In this document: positions 20,902-31,135 of the stretch, piece after piece
How positions within the stretch are numbered: the first letter of the stretch is position 1
Layout: each line of letters opens with the position of its first letter
Source of the DNA: an uncultured Candidatus Rokubacteria bacterium
GTDB lineage: Bacteria; Methylomirabilota; Methylomirabilia; Rokubacteriales; CSP1-6
Length of the DNA stretch: 64,000 bases
Assembly (NCBI GenBank): GCA_963754315.1
Contig: CAVWFS010000018.1
Span: 544,001-608,000 of the forward strand
Reading direction: 5' to 3'
Notes under the pieces: generated by a model
What the model saw: the letters and a program-made list of their open reading frames with translations, nothing else
Told to the model about the DNA's origin: nothing
Databases searched by the model: none
Position numbers and translations under genes: made by a program

Positions 20902-22400
20902 AGACGCGCGCCCTCGTCGTCGACGACGACACGATGATGCTGGAGGTGCTCGAGCTCCGCCTGGCCAGCCTAGGCTTCGCCGTGACCGCTACCAAGGATC
21001 CCGAGCACGCCATTGCGGTCGTTGCCGGCACACGTTTTGACCTGGCCTTTCTCGATCTCCGTATGGAGCCGATGGACGGCATCCGCCTGATGGAGGCCCT
21101 GCACAGCTACCACCCTCATCTGCCCGTTTTGATCATGACCGCCCATGCCACGATCGACTCCGCCGTCCACGCCATCCAGCGTGGCGCCTACGACTATCTG
21201 ACCAAACCGTTTGTGACGGACGAGCTGCGGGGCAAGATCGCGCGTGCGCTATCCGTAAGGCGATGGGCACGAGATCGGGAGCGCTTACTCGCCATCGGGG
21301 AAATCCTGGCCTCCTCGGGTAGCCTCGAGCTCGTGTTGGAGGCGGTCGCGAATGCCGCCATGGAAACGATCGACGCCGAGCGGTGTGTTGTTTTCCAGCG
21401 CGGCGAGGGACGACTGGTCCCGGTGGCGAGTGTCGGTCCGCCCGCTTCGTCGTGGGGCGCGTTCGCGGGCGCGGCCGCGTTGGCCATGGAGCGCGGGGTG
21501 CCCACGGCTACTGTTGGCGCGGAAGGACGACTGCTCGTAGCGTCCCCTCTCGTTGTCCAGCGCGGGCCGGCGGGCGCCCTCGTCATCGAGACGCCGTCCG
21601 ATGTGGCGCCGAGCGAGGACGATCTCGAACTGCTCGCTCTCTTCTCGGCTCAGGCCGCGGTGGCTATTCACAATACCCACGAATACGAGCGCCTGCGCAG
21701 TGGCGCGCTCGCCGCGCTCGGACGCATGGCGACCCAGGTGGCTCACGAATTGAAGAATCCACTGGCCGGGATCCTGCTGTACGCGAGCCATCTGGAGCAT
21801 CGCGCCACCCGAAACGACGATGCGGAGGGCGCAGAGACCGCGCGCAAGATCAGCGTGGCGGTAGAGCGATTGGGAGCGGTCGTGGCCGAGATCACCGCGT
21901 TCGGGCGGCCTTCGGAGCTGCACCGGGCGCCCGCGAGCCTGCCGCCCCTGCTGGATGAGTGCCTTGCCTTTGCCTGTGCTCGCCAGGGCAGCGACGGAGC
22001 GGAAATCGTCCGCCAGTACGACGCGGCATGCCCGGAGGCGCTGGTAGACGCCCGCGAACTGCGCAAGGCCTTCCTCAACCTGATCCTCAATGGTCTGGAG
22101 GCCATGGAGGGGGAGGGACGACTGACCATCCGCATCAACTATGCTCCAGATCGTCATGTGATCAGGGTGTCCATCGAGGACACCGGGGTGGGCATGAGTG
22201 AGGACACGCTCTCCCGAGTGTTCGACATGTTCTTCACCACGAAACCACAGGGAACCGGCCTCGGCATGGCCATCGCACGCTCGGTGATCGCGCGCCACGG
22301 GGGCGACCTTCGCCTGCAGAGCGCCCCCGGCCTCGGGACCAAGGTCGTGGTGAGCCTGCCCGCCGATGACCACATCGTCGTCTCGCAGGTCGGGCCATGA
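20898..22400 (+). CDS. Cytoplasmic hybrid kinase (REC-GAF-HisKA-HATPase)
   Basis: REC DLRMEPMDG...TAH...TKPF; GAF-like middle; AHELKNPL, FFTTKPQGTGLG. Confidence 0.9.
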   Translation: MKTRALVVDDDTMMLEVLELRLASLGFAVTATKDPEHAIAVVAGTRFDLAFLDLRMEPMDGIRLMEALHSYHPHLPVLIMTAHATIDSAVHAIQRGAYDYLTKPFVTDELRGKIARALSVRRWARDRERLLAIGEILASSGSLELVLEAVANAAMETIDAERCVVFQRGEGRLVPVASVGPPASSWGAFAGAAALAMERGVPTATVGAEGRLLVASPLVVQRGPAGALVIETPSDVAPSEDDLELLALFSAQAAVAIHNTHEYERLRSGALAALGRMATQVAHELKNPLAGILLYASHLEHRATRNDDAEGAETARKISVAVERLGAVVAEITAFGRPSELHRAPASLPPLLDECLAFACARQGSDGAEIVRQYDAACPEALVDARELRKAFLNLILNGLEAMEGEGRLTIRINYAPDRHVIRVSIEDTGVGMSEDTLSRVFDMFFTTKPQGTGLGMAIARSVIARHGGDLRLQSAPGLGTKVVVSLPADDHIVVSQVGP

Positions 22401-23785
22401 AGCGAGGGGGATCCACGGTGCTCGTCGTCGACGACGAGCCGACCATCACCGACGGGCTGCGGCTGACCCTGGAGGCCGAAGGCTACCGCGTCCTCACGGC
22501 GAGCAGTGTCCAGGCGGCCTTGGTCGAGGCCACGCGCTCGGAAGTTCAGGGCGCCATCGTCGACCTCATGCTCCCAGACGGGGACGGCATCACCCTGACT
22601 CGGGAGCTGAAACGACAGGATCCCTCCATCGAGGCGATCATCATCACCGCCTACGGTTCCGTACGAAAGGCGATGGAAGCCACCAAGGGAGCGGGGGCCT
22701 TCTACGTCCTCGAGAAGCCCTTCGATCCCGACGAGGTGAATACCTTGATGCGGGCCGCCCTCGATCACCGGGCGCTGGTGGCCGAGAACTCCGACCTCCG
22801 GCGGCGGCTCGCAGAACGGGGCGCCGACACGGAAATCCTGGGTGGGACCCCTTCCATGCAACGAGTACTCGATACAGTAGCGGCGGTGGCTGATGCGGAC
22901 GCCGCGGTGCTGATCGTGGGCGAGAGTGGGACCGGCAAAGAGCTTGTCGCCAACGCACTGCACGAACGGAGCCGTCGGCGGGGTGGTCCCTGGATCAAGA
23001 TCAACTGTGCCGCACTGCCGAAGGAGCTCATCGAATCCGAGCTCTTCGGGCATACGCGGGGTGCCTTTACTGGCGCCACCACTGAGAAAGTAGGCCTCCT
23101 GGAGGAGGCTCACGGCGGATCGCTCCTCCTCGATGAGATCGCCGAGATGCCGATGGACCTGCAGGCGAAGCTGCTCCGAGTGCTCGAGGAGCGCCTAGTG
23201 CGCCGGCTGGGGAGCGGGAAGGCGACGACCGCTGACTTCAGGCTGATCTCGTCCACGAACCGTCAGCCTGAGGCCGCCCTCCGCGGAGGCTTCCTGCGTC
23301 ACGATCTGTACTTCAGGATCAACACGGTCACCATCTCGGTGCCTGCCCTGCGGGAGCGCCGCGAAGACATCCCATTGCTCGTGCGCGCCTTCCTCGACCG
23401 TTACCGCGCCAAGCACGGACGCCGGATCGAGGGGATCGAGCCCGAAGCCTATCGGCGCCTGCTGAGCCATGGATGGCCGGGCAACATCCGTGAGCTACAG
23501 CACGCGCTGGAGCGCGCGGTGCTTGTGGCTCGTGGATCGCACATCGCGGCGGAGGATTTGCCGGAAAGCCTGCAGGCGGCGGCCACGGGCGCCGAGGATG
23601 GCATTCCGCCTGCGGCCGTGCCCTCGGGCTCCCTGGAGGCGATCGAACGCGCCTCCATCCTCAAGGCTCTTGAGCATACGGGCTGGAACAAGCAGGCGGC
23701 CGCGGCGCTCCTCGGCCTTCGCCGCCCGACCCTCTACTCGAAGCTGCGTAAGCACGGCATACCGCACCGACCTCGACTGGCTTGA
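22397..23785 (+). CDS. Sigma54-dependent NtrC-family response regulator
   Basis: REC, GESGTGKE, GAFTGA, LLLDEI, WPGNIREL, C-terminal Fis-type HTH. Confidence 0.95.
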   Translation: MKRGGSTVLVVDDEPTITDGLRLTLEAEGYRVLTASSVQAALVEATRSEVQGAIVDLMLPDGDGITLTRELKRQDPSIEAIIITAYGSVRKAMEATKGAGAFYVLEKPFDPDEVNTLMRAALDHRALVAENSDLRRRLAERGADTEILGGTPSMQRVLDTVAAVADADAAVLIVGESGTGKELVANALHERSRRRGGPWIKINCAALPKELIESELFGHTRGAFTGATTEKVGLLEEAHGGSLLLDEIAEMPMDLQAKLLRVLEERLVRRLGSGKATTADFRLISSTNRQPEAALRGGFLRHDLYFRINTVTISVPALRERREDIPLLVRAFLDRYRAKHGRRIEGIEPEAYRRLLSHGWPGNIRELQHALERAVLVARGSHIAAEDLPESLQAAATGAEDGIPPAAVPSGSLEAIERASILKALEHTGWNKQAAAALLGLRRPTLYSKLRKHGIPHRPRLA

Positions 23786-23826
23786 CAGGCCTCCGGGACG
23801 CGCTCGAAACGCGGGCACTCCGAGAA

Positions 23827-23851
23827 CGATTGCCTAATCATTAGGCAATCG
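23827..23851. promoter_or_regulatory. Perfect palindrome, NtrC-type upstream activator site
   Basis: CGATTGCCTAAT-C-ATTAGGCAATCG; core TGC-N11-GCA, centred about 110 bp upstream of the predicted sigma54 start. Confidence 0.75.
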
Positions 23852-23883
23852 GCTTGCGGAGACAGGCGGGCAAAGCCTTGTAA

Positions 23884-24300
<417 letters not shown>

Positions 24301-24322
24301 CCATCTGCAGACGGAGGACAGC

Positions 24323-25777
24323 GTGAAGCGGATAAGCATCTGCGTGGCAATTGTGCTCGTGCTCTTCACCGCAGTAGCGGTAGCGGTGGCTCAGCAAGCC
24401 CCGGCCCCTGCTCCGGCCCCGTCCGCGAGCACTCCGGCGGCAGCGGCCCCGGGTCCGACCGTGGCGAAGATCGACAAGGGTGACACGGCCTGGATGCTGA
24501 CATCGTCAGCGCTCGTCTTGCTCATGACGGCCCCCGGACTCGCGCTCTTCTACGGGGGACTCGTCCGTCAGAAGAATGCCCTCGCCACCTTGATGCAGAG
24601 CTTCATCATCATGGCGCTCATCTCGATCCAGTGGGTGTTGTGGGGTTACACGCTCGCCTTCGGCCCCGACAAGGGGGGGATCATCGGCGGCCTCGAGTGG
24701 GTTGGGCTACGCGGGGTCGGCGGGGACCCCTTCGACGCGTACGCCAAGACGATCCCACATCAAGTATTCATGCTGTTCCAGATGATGTTCGCCATCATCA
24801 CGCCTGCCCTCATCACCGGCGCCTTCGCCGAGCGCAAGAAGTTCTCGGCCTTCATCCTCTTCACCTTGCTGTGGGCGACCTTCGTCTACGATCCCTTGGC
24901 GCACTGGGTGTGGGGAGATGGCGGCTGGCTGAAGAAGCTGGGCGCGCTGGATTTTGCCGGCGGGACCGTCGTGCATATCTCGTCGGGCGTGTCGGCGCTC
25001 GTGTGCGCCATCATGCTCGGCAAGCGACGGGGTTACGGCCACCACCCCATGCCGCCCCACAACCTCCCCTTGAGCGTCATTGGGGCGGCCCTGCTGTGGT
25101 TCGGCTGGTTCGGGTTCAATGCCGGCAGCGCCCTCGAGGCCAACGCCCTTGCCGCCAGCGCCTTTCTCGCCACCAACACGGCGGCGGCAGCCGCCGCCCT
25201 GGGCTGGATGTTCACGGAATGGATGCTGCGAGGGAAGCCCACCGTGCTTGGAGCGGCGACGGGGGCCGTGGCAGGACTGGTGGCCATCACCCCCGCCGCT
25301 GGTTTCGTGGGACCGGTCGCGTCCATTCTTATCGGCGCCGTGGCTGGTTTCCTCTGCTACAACGCCTGTAACGTCAAATCGAGGCTTGGCTACGACGATT
25401 CGCTGGACGTGGTCGGGGTCCATGGCGTGGGAGGCACCTGGGGCGCGTTAGCCACCGGACTTTTCGCCACGAAACTCGTGAACGACGCAGGGGCCGATGG
25501 GCTCTTTTATGGGAACCCGGGCCAACTCTGGACTCAGATTCTCGCGGTGGCCGCCACCATGGCCCTGGCCGTGGTGGGAACTGCCGTCATCCTCAAAGTT
25601 GTCGATGCGATCGTGGGTCTGCGCGTCTCCGACGAGGAGGAAGAGGCCGGGCTCGACCTCTCGCAGCATTCGGAAACCGCCTATTCGATGGGTGGCGGCG
25701 GCTACGGAGAGCAATCGGGCGCCGGCGCCTTCGCCGAGAGCATGCGGACCGGGGCCAAGCCTCGCGCGGCACACTGA
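24323..25777 (+). CDS. amtB: Ammonium transporter
   Basis: DTAWML, FQMMFAIIT, DFAGGTVVH, WFGWFGFN, DDSLDVVGVH; GTG 24323 with GGAGG RBS. Confidence 0.97.
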   Translation: MKRISICVAIVLVLFTAVAVAVAQQAPAPAPAPSASTPAAAAPGPTVAKIDKGDTAWMLTSSALVLLMTAPGLALFYGGLVRQKNALATLMQSFIIMALISIQWVLWGYTLAFGPDKGGIIGGLEWVGLRGVGGDPFDAYAKTIPHQVFMLFQMMFAIITPALITGAFAERKKFSAFILFTLLWATFVYDPLAHWVWGDGGWLKKLGALDFAGGTVVHISSGVSALVCAIMLGKRRGYGHHPMPPHNLPLSVIGAALLWFGWFGFNAGSALEANALAASAFLATNTAAAAAALGWMFTEWMLRGKPTVLGAATGAVAGLVAITPAAGFVGPVASILIGAVAGFLCYNACNVKSRLGYDDSLDVVGVHGVGGTWGALATGLFATKLVNDAGADGLFYGNPGQLWTQILAVAATMALAVVGTAVILKVVDAIVGLRVSDEEEEAGLDLSQHSETAYSMGGGGYGEQSGAGAFAESMRTGAKPRAAH

Positions 25778-25817
25778 CGACGGGCTTGTGATTCCACCCG
25801 AGCCGTTCATAGGTTTA

Positions 25818-25858
25818 GGCCGGCCGGCGGCGCCAGCGGCACCGCCGGGCCCCTTTTG
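25818..25858 (+). terminator. Intrinsic terminator-like hairpin between amtB and glnA
   Basis: CCGGCGGCGCC-AGC-GGCACCGCCGG stem followed by CCCCTTTT. Confidence 0.55.
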
Positions 25859-25896
25859 ATCACCTTTATTCGCCTTACACAGGAGAAGGAGCGCCC

Positions 25897-27321
25897 ATGA
25901 CCCCGAAGGATGTGCTCAAGTTTGCCAAGGAGAAAGGCGTCAGGATCGTCGATCTCCGCTTCATCGACCTTCCCGGACTCTGGCAACACTTCTCGATTCC
26001 CGTCTCCGAGCTGAGTGAAGGGATCTTCGAGGACGGCCTGGGCTTCGACGGCTCGTCCATCCGCGGCTTCCAGACTATCGACGAGTCCGACATGCTGTTG
26101 ATCCCGGATGCGAGCAGCGCGGTGATGGATCCTTTCACGGCGGTTCCCACCCTCGTGCTCATCTGCAATGTGAAGGATCCCGTGACCGGCAAGCCCTATA
26201 CGCGCGACCCCCGCTACATCGCCCAGAAGGCGGAGGCGTATCTGAAGAAGACGGGTGTCGGTGATACCGTGTACATCGGCCCTGAGCTGGAGTTCTTCTT
26301 CTTCGACTCCATCCGCTTCGACCAGAGCTACAACTGCGGGTACTACTTCATCGATTCGGAAGCCGGCGCCTGGAACACCGGCAAGGAAGGCACGCCGGAA
26401 AGCCCGAACCTCGGCTACAAGCCACGCTACAAACAGGGCTATTTCCCGGTGCCCCCTATGGACAAGTTCCAGGACATTCGCTCGGACATGGTGCTCGCTC
26501 TGGAGAGCGTGGGAGTCCGAGTGGAGGTGCACCACCACGAAGTCGCCACCGGCGGCCAGACCGAGATCGACATGCGGTACGACACGTTGACCAAGATGGC
26601 CGACAAGGTGTGCTGGTACAAGTACTGCGCCAAGCAGACGGCCCGCAAATGGGGTAAGACGGCGACCTTCATGCCCAAACCGCTTTTCCAGGACAACGGT
26701 TCCGGCATGCATACGCACCAGTCGATCTGGAAGAACGGCAAGAACCTCTTTTACGAGCGGGGGGGCTACGCCGACATCTCCAAGACCTGTCTCTATTACA
26801 TCGGCGGTATCCTGAAGCACGCGCCGGCCTTGCTCGCCTTGATCGCTCCCTCGACCAACTCGTACAAGCGGCTCGTGCCCGGCTACGAAGCCCCGATCAA
26901 CCTCGTGTACAGCCAGCGGAATCGGTCGGCGGCCATCCGCATCCCGGTGTACTCCAAGTCGGAGGGAGCCAAACGGATCGAGTTTCGGACCCCCGATCCC
27001 ACCTGCAACCCATATCTATCATTCGCGGCCTGCCTCATGGCCGGCCTCGACGGGGTCGCCAACAAGATTGATCCGGGCAAGCCGGTCGACAAGGATCTGT
27101 ACGAACTTCCTCCCGCCGAGCAGCGCAGGATCAAGCAGCTCCCGGGCGCACTGGATATCGTGCTCGAGAATCTGGAGAAGTCCCACGACTGGCTGCTCAA
27201 GGGCGACGTCTTCACCCCCGACGTCATCGAGACCTGGATCGATTACAAGCGCAAGAACGAAGTCGACGCGGTTCGGCTGCGGCCGCACCCGTGGGAGTTC
27301 GCCCTGTACTTCGATATTTGA
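25897..27321 (+). CDS. glnA: Glutamine synthetase type I
   Basis: FDGSSI, HHHEVA, ATFMPKP, NGSGMH, NSYKRLVPGYEAP, adenylylation site DKDLY. Confidence 0.98.
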   Translation: MTPKDVLKFAKEKGVRIVDLRFIDLPGLWQHFSIPVSELSEGIFEDGLGFDGSSIRGFQTIDESDMLLIPDASSAVMDPFTAVPTLVLICNVKDPVTGKPYTRDPRYIAQKAEAYLKKTGVGDTVYIGPELEFFFFDSIRFDQSYNCGYYFIDSEAGAWNTGKEGTPESPNLGYKPRYKQGYFPVPPMDKFQDIRSDMVLALESVGVRVEVHHHEVATGGQTEIDMRYDTLTKMADKVCWYKYCAKQTARKWGKTATFMPKPLFQDNGSGMHTHQSIWKNGKNLFYERGGYADISKTCLYYIGGILKHAPALLALIAPSTNSYKRLVPGYEAPINLVYSQRNRSAAIRIPVYSKSEGAKRIEFRTPDPTCNPYLSFAACLMAGLDGVANKIDPGKPVDKDLYELPPAEQRRIKQLPGALDIVLENLEKSHDWLLKGDVFTPDVIETWIDYKRKNEVDAVRLRPHPWEFALYFDI

Positions 27322-27341
27322 GTTGGGGTGTCCGTTGAAAT

Positions 27342-27385
27342 GGGGGCCTGGAAAAGGCCCCCCGCGCCATTCGCGCAGAATGGCG
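27342..27385 (+). terminator. Tandem hairpins after glnA
   Basis: GGGGGCCT-GGAAA-AGGCCCCC and CGCCATTC-GCGCA-GAATGGCG; no U-tract. Confidence 0.45.
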
Positions 27386-27495
27386 GCGGGATACTGCGCC
27401 GAGAAAGTGAGCAGAGGATTCGGTCAGTTGCCCCTTGCTTATACAGGGGCCTCAGGTATTCGACTCTAAACGGCTGATTCTTTGCGGCTCGGCAA

Positions 27496-27511
27496 TGGCA
27501 TCATCTTTGCG
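27496..27511 (+). promoter_or_regulatory. Sigma54 promoter of the ANTAR regulator
   Basis: TGGCATCATCTTTGCG = GG-N10-GC; exact IHF consensus (AATCAGCCGTTTA, minus strand) at 27467-27479; candidate UAS CGCCGAGAAAGTGAGCA at 27397-27413. Confidence 0.75.
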
Positions 27512-27524
27512 CATCGATACCGGC

Positions 27525-28121
27525 ATGGCTACGGTGCGTTCGAACAGACTTCCTCGGTGGCGTGTGGTAATCGTGGACGACCATGAACGTTCGAGAGCAG
27601 CCGTTCGGGCTGCCATCTGGGCCGCGGGCGGAGAGGTTGTAGGAGAGACCACCCGCTCGGGTGAGGCACGAGATCTCGTCAAGCAAAGCAGTCCGGACGC
27701 GGCCATCTTCGCGGTCGGTCTCTCGGACGGCGATGGCTTGGAGGCGGCACGCCTTGTCACGGCGAGCAACGGCTGCCCGGTCGTACTCTGCACGAGCCGG
27801 ACAGGTGACGACCTGGTCGAGCGGGCGCGCGAGGCGGGTGTGATGGCGTTTCTCCTCAAGCCGCTACGTCCGGCTGAGTTGGCTCCCGCTCTCGATCTGG
27901 CGATCGCCCGGTATCGGGAGGCACAGGCCCTGCGTCAACTGCTCGAGGATCGCAAAATCATCGAGAAGGCCAAGGGCGCCCTCATGGCCCGTTTCGGGCT
28001 CACGGAGGACATTGCATTCCGTCGGCTTCGCAAGGCGGCGATGGACAGTCGAAAGCCGATGGTGGAGATCGCGCGTGCCCTGCTCGTCTCCGAGTCGGTG
28101 ACGCGCGAAGTGCCAGCCTAG
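27525..28121 (+). CDS. REC-ANTAR RNA-binding response regulator (atypical receiver)
   Basis: VVIVDD...FLLKPL REC plus LEDRKIIEKAKGALM...AFRRLRKAAMD ANTAR domain; start approximate. Confidence 0.9.
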   Translation: MATVRSNRLPRWRVVIVDDHERSRAAVRAAIWAAGGEVVGETTRSGEARDLVKQSSPDAAIFAVGLSDGDGLEAARLVTASNGCPVVLCTSRTGDDLVERAREAGVMAFLLKPLRPAELAPALDLAIARYREAQALRQLLEDRKIIEKAKGALMARFGLTEDIAFRRLRKAAMDSRKPMVEIARALLVSESVTREVPA

Positions 28122-28157
28122 CCCACGCGGCCTCGAACCCCGACAAGGAGGTCTGGG

Positions 28158-28676
28158 GTGCTGATTGAGTCGCTGGGGGGGAACGCTGCGGCAAGGGAAA
28201 CGGCTTCCCTGGTTGTGCTCCTTCAAGACGCGGTCGAGAGCGGGGCCTCGGTTGGGTTTCTGCCCCCACTCGGAGCCGACGCGGCAGCCGCGTACTGGCG
28301 ATCGGTGTTTGCCGCCGTGAGGGCCCGGGCGCGTCTGCTGCTCGTGGCCCGAGCGGATCGTGGCACCCTGGTCGGCTCCGCCCAGCTGGAACTTGCGCTC
28401 AGGCCAAACGCCCTGCATCGCGCCGAGATTCAGAAGGTCATGGTCCTTACCACGGCCCGGAGACGTGGGATCGGGCGTGCCCTCATGGTGGCAGTGGAAG
28501 CGGAGGCCCGACGGCTCGGTCGGACTACGCTCGTGCTCGACACTCGGCACGGCGATCCTTCGGAGGGGTTGTATCGCGGCGTCGGCTACCAGTGCGCGGG
28601 CATCATTCCCCGCTATGCGAAGAGCGCAACCGGCGCCCTAGACGGCAGCGCCTTCTACTACAAGCTCTTGACATAG
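28158..28676 (+). CDS. GNAT family N-acetyltransferase
   Basis: GASVGFLPP, HRAEIQKVMV, ARRRGIGRALM, LVLDT. Confidence 0.88.
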   Translation: MLIESLGGNAAARETASLVVLLQDAVESGASVGFLPPLGADAAAAYWRSVFAAVRARARLLLVARADRGTLVGSAQLELALRPNALHRAEIQKVMVLTTARRRGIGRALMVAVEAEARRLGRTTLVLDTRHGDPSEGLYRGVGYQCAGIIPRYAKSATGALDGSAFYYKLLT

Positions 28677-28838
28677 GCGCTGTCTGCCTCTCGACCTCGC
28701 TCGTGTGCGATGGCACAATCGGCCCGTTTCCGTTACACTCGCGGCGGCCGGGCATGGTTACTTTCTCTCCCCAGGGCTGTTTCCTTCACGGCCACGCCAC
28801 GCGGCGATCGCCTCGGCCACGCGGGTAGGCTGCCGACC

Positions 28839-29529
28839 ATGAGCCCCGAGGTGCTCGTGGTCGAGGATGAGCCCGACATCAGAAGCCTGATCGTGTTGAA
28901 TCTCACCCGCGATGGGTTTCGGTGCCGGACGGCCGCCACTGGCTCCGAGGCCCTGCGCGCCGTCAAGGCGAGTCTGCCCGATCTGCTAATCCTTGATCTG
29001 ATGCTGCCCGAGCTGAACGGCCTCGAGGTCTGCCGTCGCTTGCGCCAGGAGCCGGTCAGCGCGTCCCTGCCCATCATCATGTTGACCGCGAAGACCGATG
29101 AGGTCGACCGTGTCCTCGGTCTCGAGCTGGGAGCTGACGACTACGTGGCCAAGCCGTTCTCGCCTAAGGAGCTGGTGGCCCGGGTGCGTGCGGTTCTGCG
29201 CCGGACGCGCCAAGCCCGAGGTCACGCGGGCCTTCTCGTCGGGTCCACTCCGACTGGATCCCGCCCGCCACCTGGCCACCCTGGCCGGACGGCCGCTGAC
29301 CCTGACTCCAAAGGAATTCGACCTTCTGCAGGCCTTCCTCGAATCGTCCGGTCGGGTGCTCTCGCGCGAGCACCTGTTGAACCGGGTCTGGGGCTACGCC
29401 CATGCCGACGAAATCGAATCGCGCACGGTGGACGTCCACGTACGTCGCCTTCGTGCGAAGCTCGGCGGGGAGGGATGGCGCATCGCCACCGTCAAGAGCA
29501 TCGGCTATCGAATGGAGGAAGCGACGTGA
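28839..29529 (+). CDS. phoB: OmpR/PhoB-family response regulator; frameshift near 29208
   Basis: REC (VVEDE, LDLMLP, GADDYVAKPF) and winged helix (LTPKEFDLL, SRTVDVHVRRLR) in adjacent frames. Confidence 0.8.
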
Positions 29530-29598
29530 TACAGCCCAAAGCCACCCGGCCGAGGAAGGCGGCGCCGGGGGCGCCCTGAGCGCTCCCCGCCTGGGCAC

Positions 29599-31050
29599 AT
29601 GTTCGGCCTCGTTCGCAGTCGCATCGCCATCAAGCTCACCCTGACCCTCGTGGGCTTCGTGGCCCTGACCATGCTGCTGGTGGGCCTGGCCCTCAATCGC
29701 TCGCTGGAGTCCTTCGCCGGGGAGTCGCTGGAGGCGCGCCTACGCATGGTCGCGGCCAGTTCCCTGTCCGATACCATGCGCCAGGTCATGCTCGTCAGTG
29801 GCCTGGTGGCCGTGGCGGTGGCGTTCGCCATCGGAGTTTTCGTGGCCAGGCGGGTCACCAGACCGGTGGTCGAGATGCAGGCCATCGCTCGCCGCATGAG
29901 CGAGGGTGACTTTGCTGTGCACGCGCCGGTTCGCTCCCCGGATGAGATCGGCGCCCTCGGGCGGGCCTTGAACGTGATGGCCGGGCGGTTGCGCGACAAG
30001 ATCCGCGACCTCGAGCAGGAGCAAGCGAAGGCGACCGCGATCCTCGACGGCATGGTGGAGGGAGTGATCGCCGTCGACGGCCGCAACTTGATCCTGCTCA
30101 TGAACGAGCGGGCCCGAACCATCTTTGCCTTGAGCCCCACCCCGGTCGCCGGCCGGCCATTCCTGGAGGTCATCCGCAACGCCGATCTGCACGAAGTCCT
30201 CCGGCAGAGTCGTAGCGAGGACGGTGTGTCCCGGCAGGAGATCCGCGTGTCTACCCCCGTGGAACGCCGTCTCCAGGTGAATGCGGTGCGACTCGCCTTG
30301 GTGGGTGAGGAGGTAGGGGTGGTCATGGTCCTCCACGACGTCACCGAGCTGAGGCGTCTGGAGCACGTACGGACGGAATTCGTCGCCAACGTGTCGCACG
30401 AGCTGCGCACACCGCTCACGGCCATCCAGGGCTATCTTGAGACTCTCTTGGCCGGCGCGTTGGAGGAACCCGAGCACGCCCGAAAATTTCTGGAGATTGC
30501 GTTTCGCCACACCGAACGCCTGGGGCGGCTCCTCAACGACCTCACCGACCTGTCCAACATCGAACTCGGCAAGGTTTCGTTGCGGCTCCACTCGGTGTCG
30601 CTGGTCGACGTCGTGGACTCGGTGCTGGCCATTATCAAGCCCAGAGCCGAGGCGGGTGACGTGACGCTCACCAGCAACGTTCCACGCAATCTCCCCCTCG
30701 TTCGGGCCGACCACGACCGACTGGCGCAGATCATGATTAACCTCGTCGACAACGCGGTGAAGTACACACCGCCCGGGCGACACGTCACGGTGCGGGCCCA
30801 GGGGCACCAAGCGGGGATGATCGCGGTGACAGTCGCCGATACCGGGGTGGGCATTTCGCGGACAGACTTGCCGCGCGTCACCGAACGCTTCTATCGCGTC
30901 GACAAGGCACGCTCCCGAGAGCTCGGTGGTACCGGCCTCGGCCTGGCCATCGTAAAGCATCTCGTCCTGGCGCACGGGGGCGAGCTGGCCATTGAGAGCG
31001 AGCTCGGGCGCGGCACCGAGGTCACCTTCACCTTGCCCAGTGAGGACTGA
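29599..31050 (+). CDS. phoR: PhoR-like sensor kinase (2TM-HAMP-PAS-HisKA-HATPase)
   Basis: EFVANVSHELRTPLT, ERFYRVDKARSRELGGTGLGLAIVKH. Confidence 0.85.
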   Translation: MFGLVRSRIAIKLTLTLVGFVALTMLLVGLALNRSLESFAGESLEARLRMVAASSLSDTMRQVMLVSGLVAVAVAFAIGVFVARRVTRPVVEMQAIARRMSEGDFAVHAPVRSPDEIGALGRALNVMAGRLRDKIRDLEQEQAKATAILDGMVEGVIAVDGRNLILLMNERARTIFALSPTPVAGRPFLEVIRNADLHEVLRQSRSEDGVSRQEIRVSTPVERRLQVNAVRLALVGEEVGVVMVLHDVTELRRLEHVRTEFVANVSHELRTPLTAIQGYLETLLAGALEEPEHARKFLEIAFRHTERLGRLLNDLTDLSNIELGKVSLRLHSVSLVDVVDSVLAIIKPRAEAGDVTLTSNVPRNLPLVRADHDRLAQIMINLVDNAVKYTPPGRHVTVRAQGHQAGMIAVTVADTGVGISRTDLPRVTERFYRVDKARSRELGGTGLGLAIVKHLVLAHGGELAIESELGRGTEVTFTLPSED

Positions 31051-31093
31051 CGGGCTCAAGCTGCCCCCGTCGGAGCGCGTCGCTGACTCAGTT

Positions 31094-31128
31094 TTAGGCT
31101 TGCCTAATCATAATAGGTAGGCTAGTTT
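31094..31128 (+). promoter_or_regulatory. Sigma70-type promoter overlapped by a DtxR/MntR-type palindrome
   Basis: TTAGGCTTGCCTAA (31094-31107) overlaps -35 TTGCCT; 17-nt spacer; -10 TAGTTT; GTG 7 nt downstream. Confidence 0.65.
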
Positions 31129-31135
31129 AATCACC

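Noticed and set aside
23827..23851. Intrinsic terminator of the sigma54 activator gene
   Set aside because: AT-rich centre, 1-nt loop and no U-tract; position fits an enhancer better.
25800..25860. glnA (glutamine) riboswitch suggested by CGTTCA upstream of glnA
   Set aside because: The downstream conserved GGAAG elements of the motif are not visible; kept only as a generic terminator.
27342..27385. Canonical ANTAR dual-hairpin target
   Set aside because: Loops are 5 nt without the A1/G4 hexaloop, and they lie upstream of the ANTAR gene's predicted promoter.
28785..28820. Pho box upstream of the phoB-like gene
   Set aside because: TTCAC/GCCAC 11-bp periodicity is too degenerate to call.
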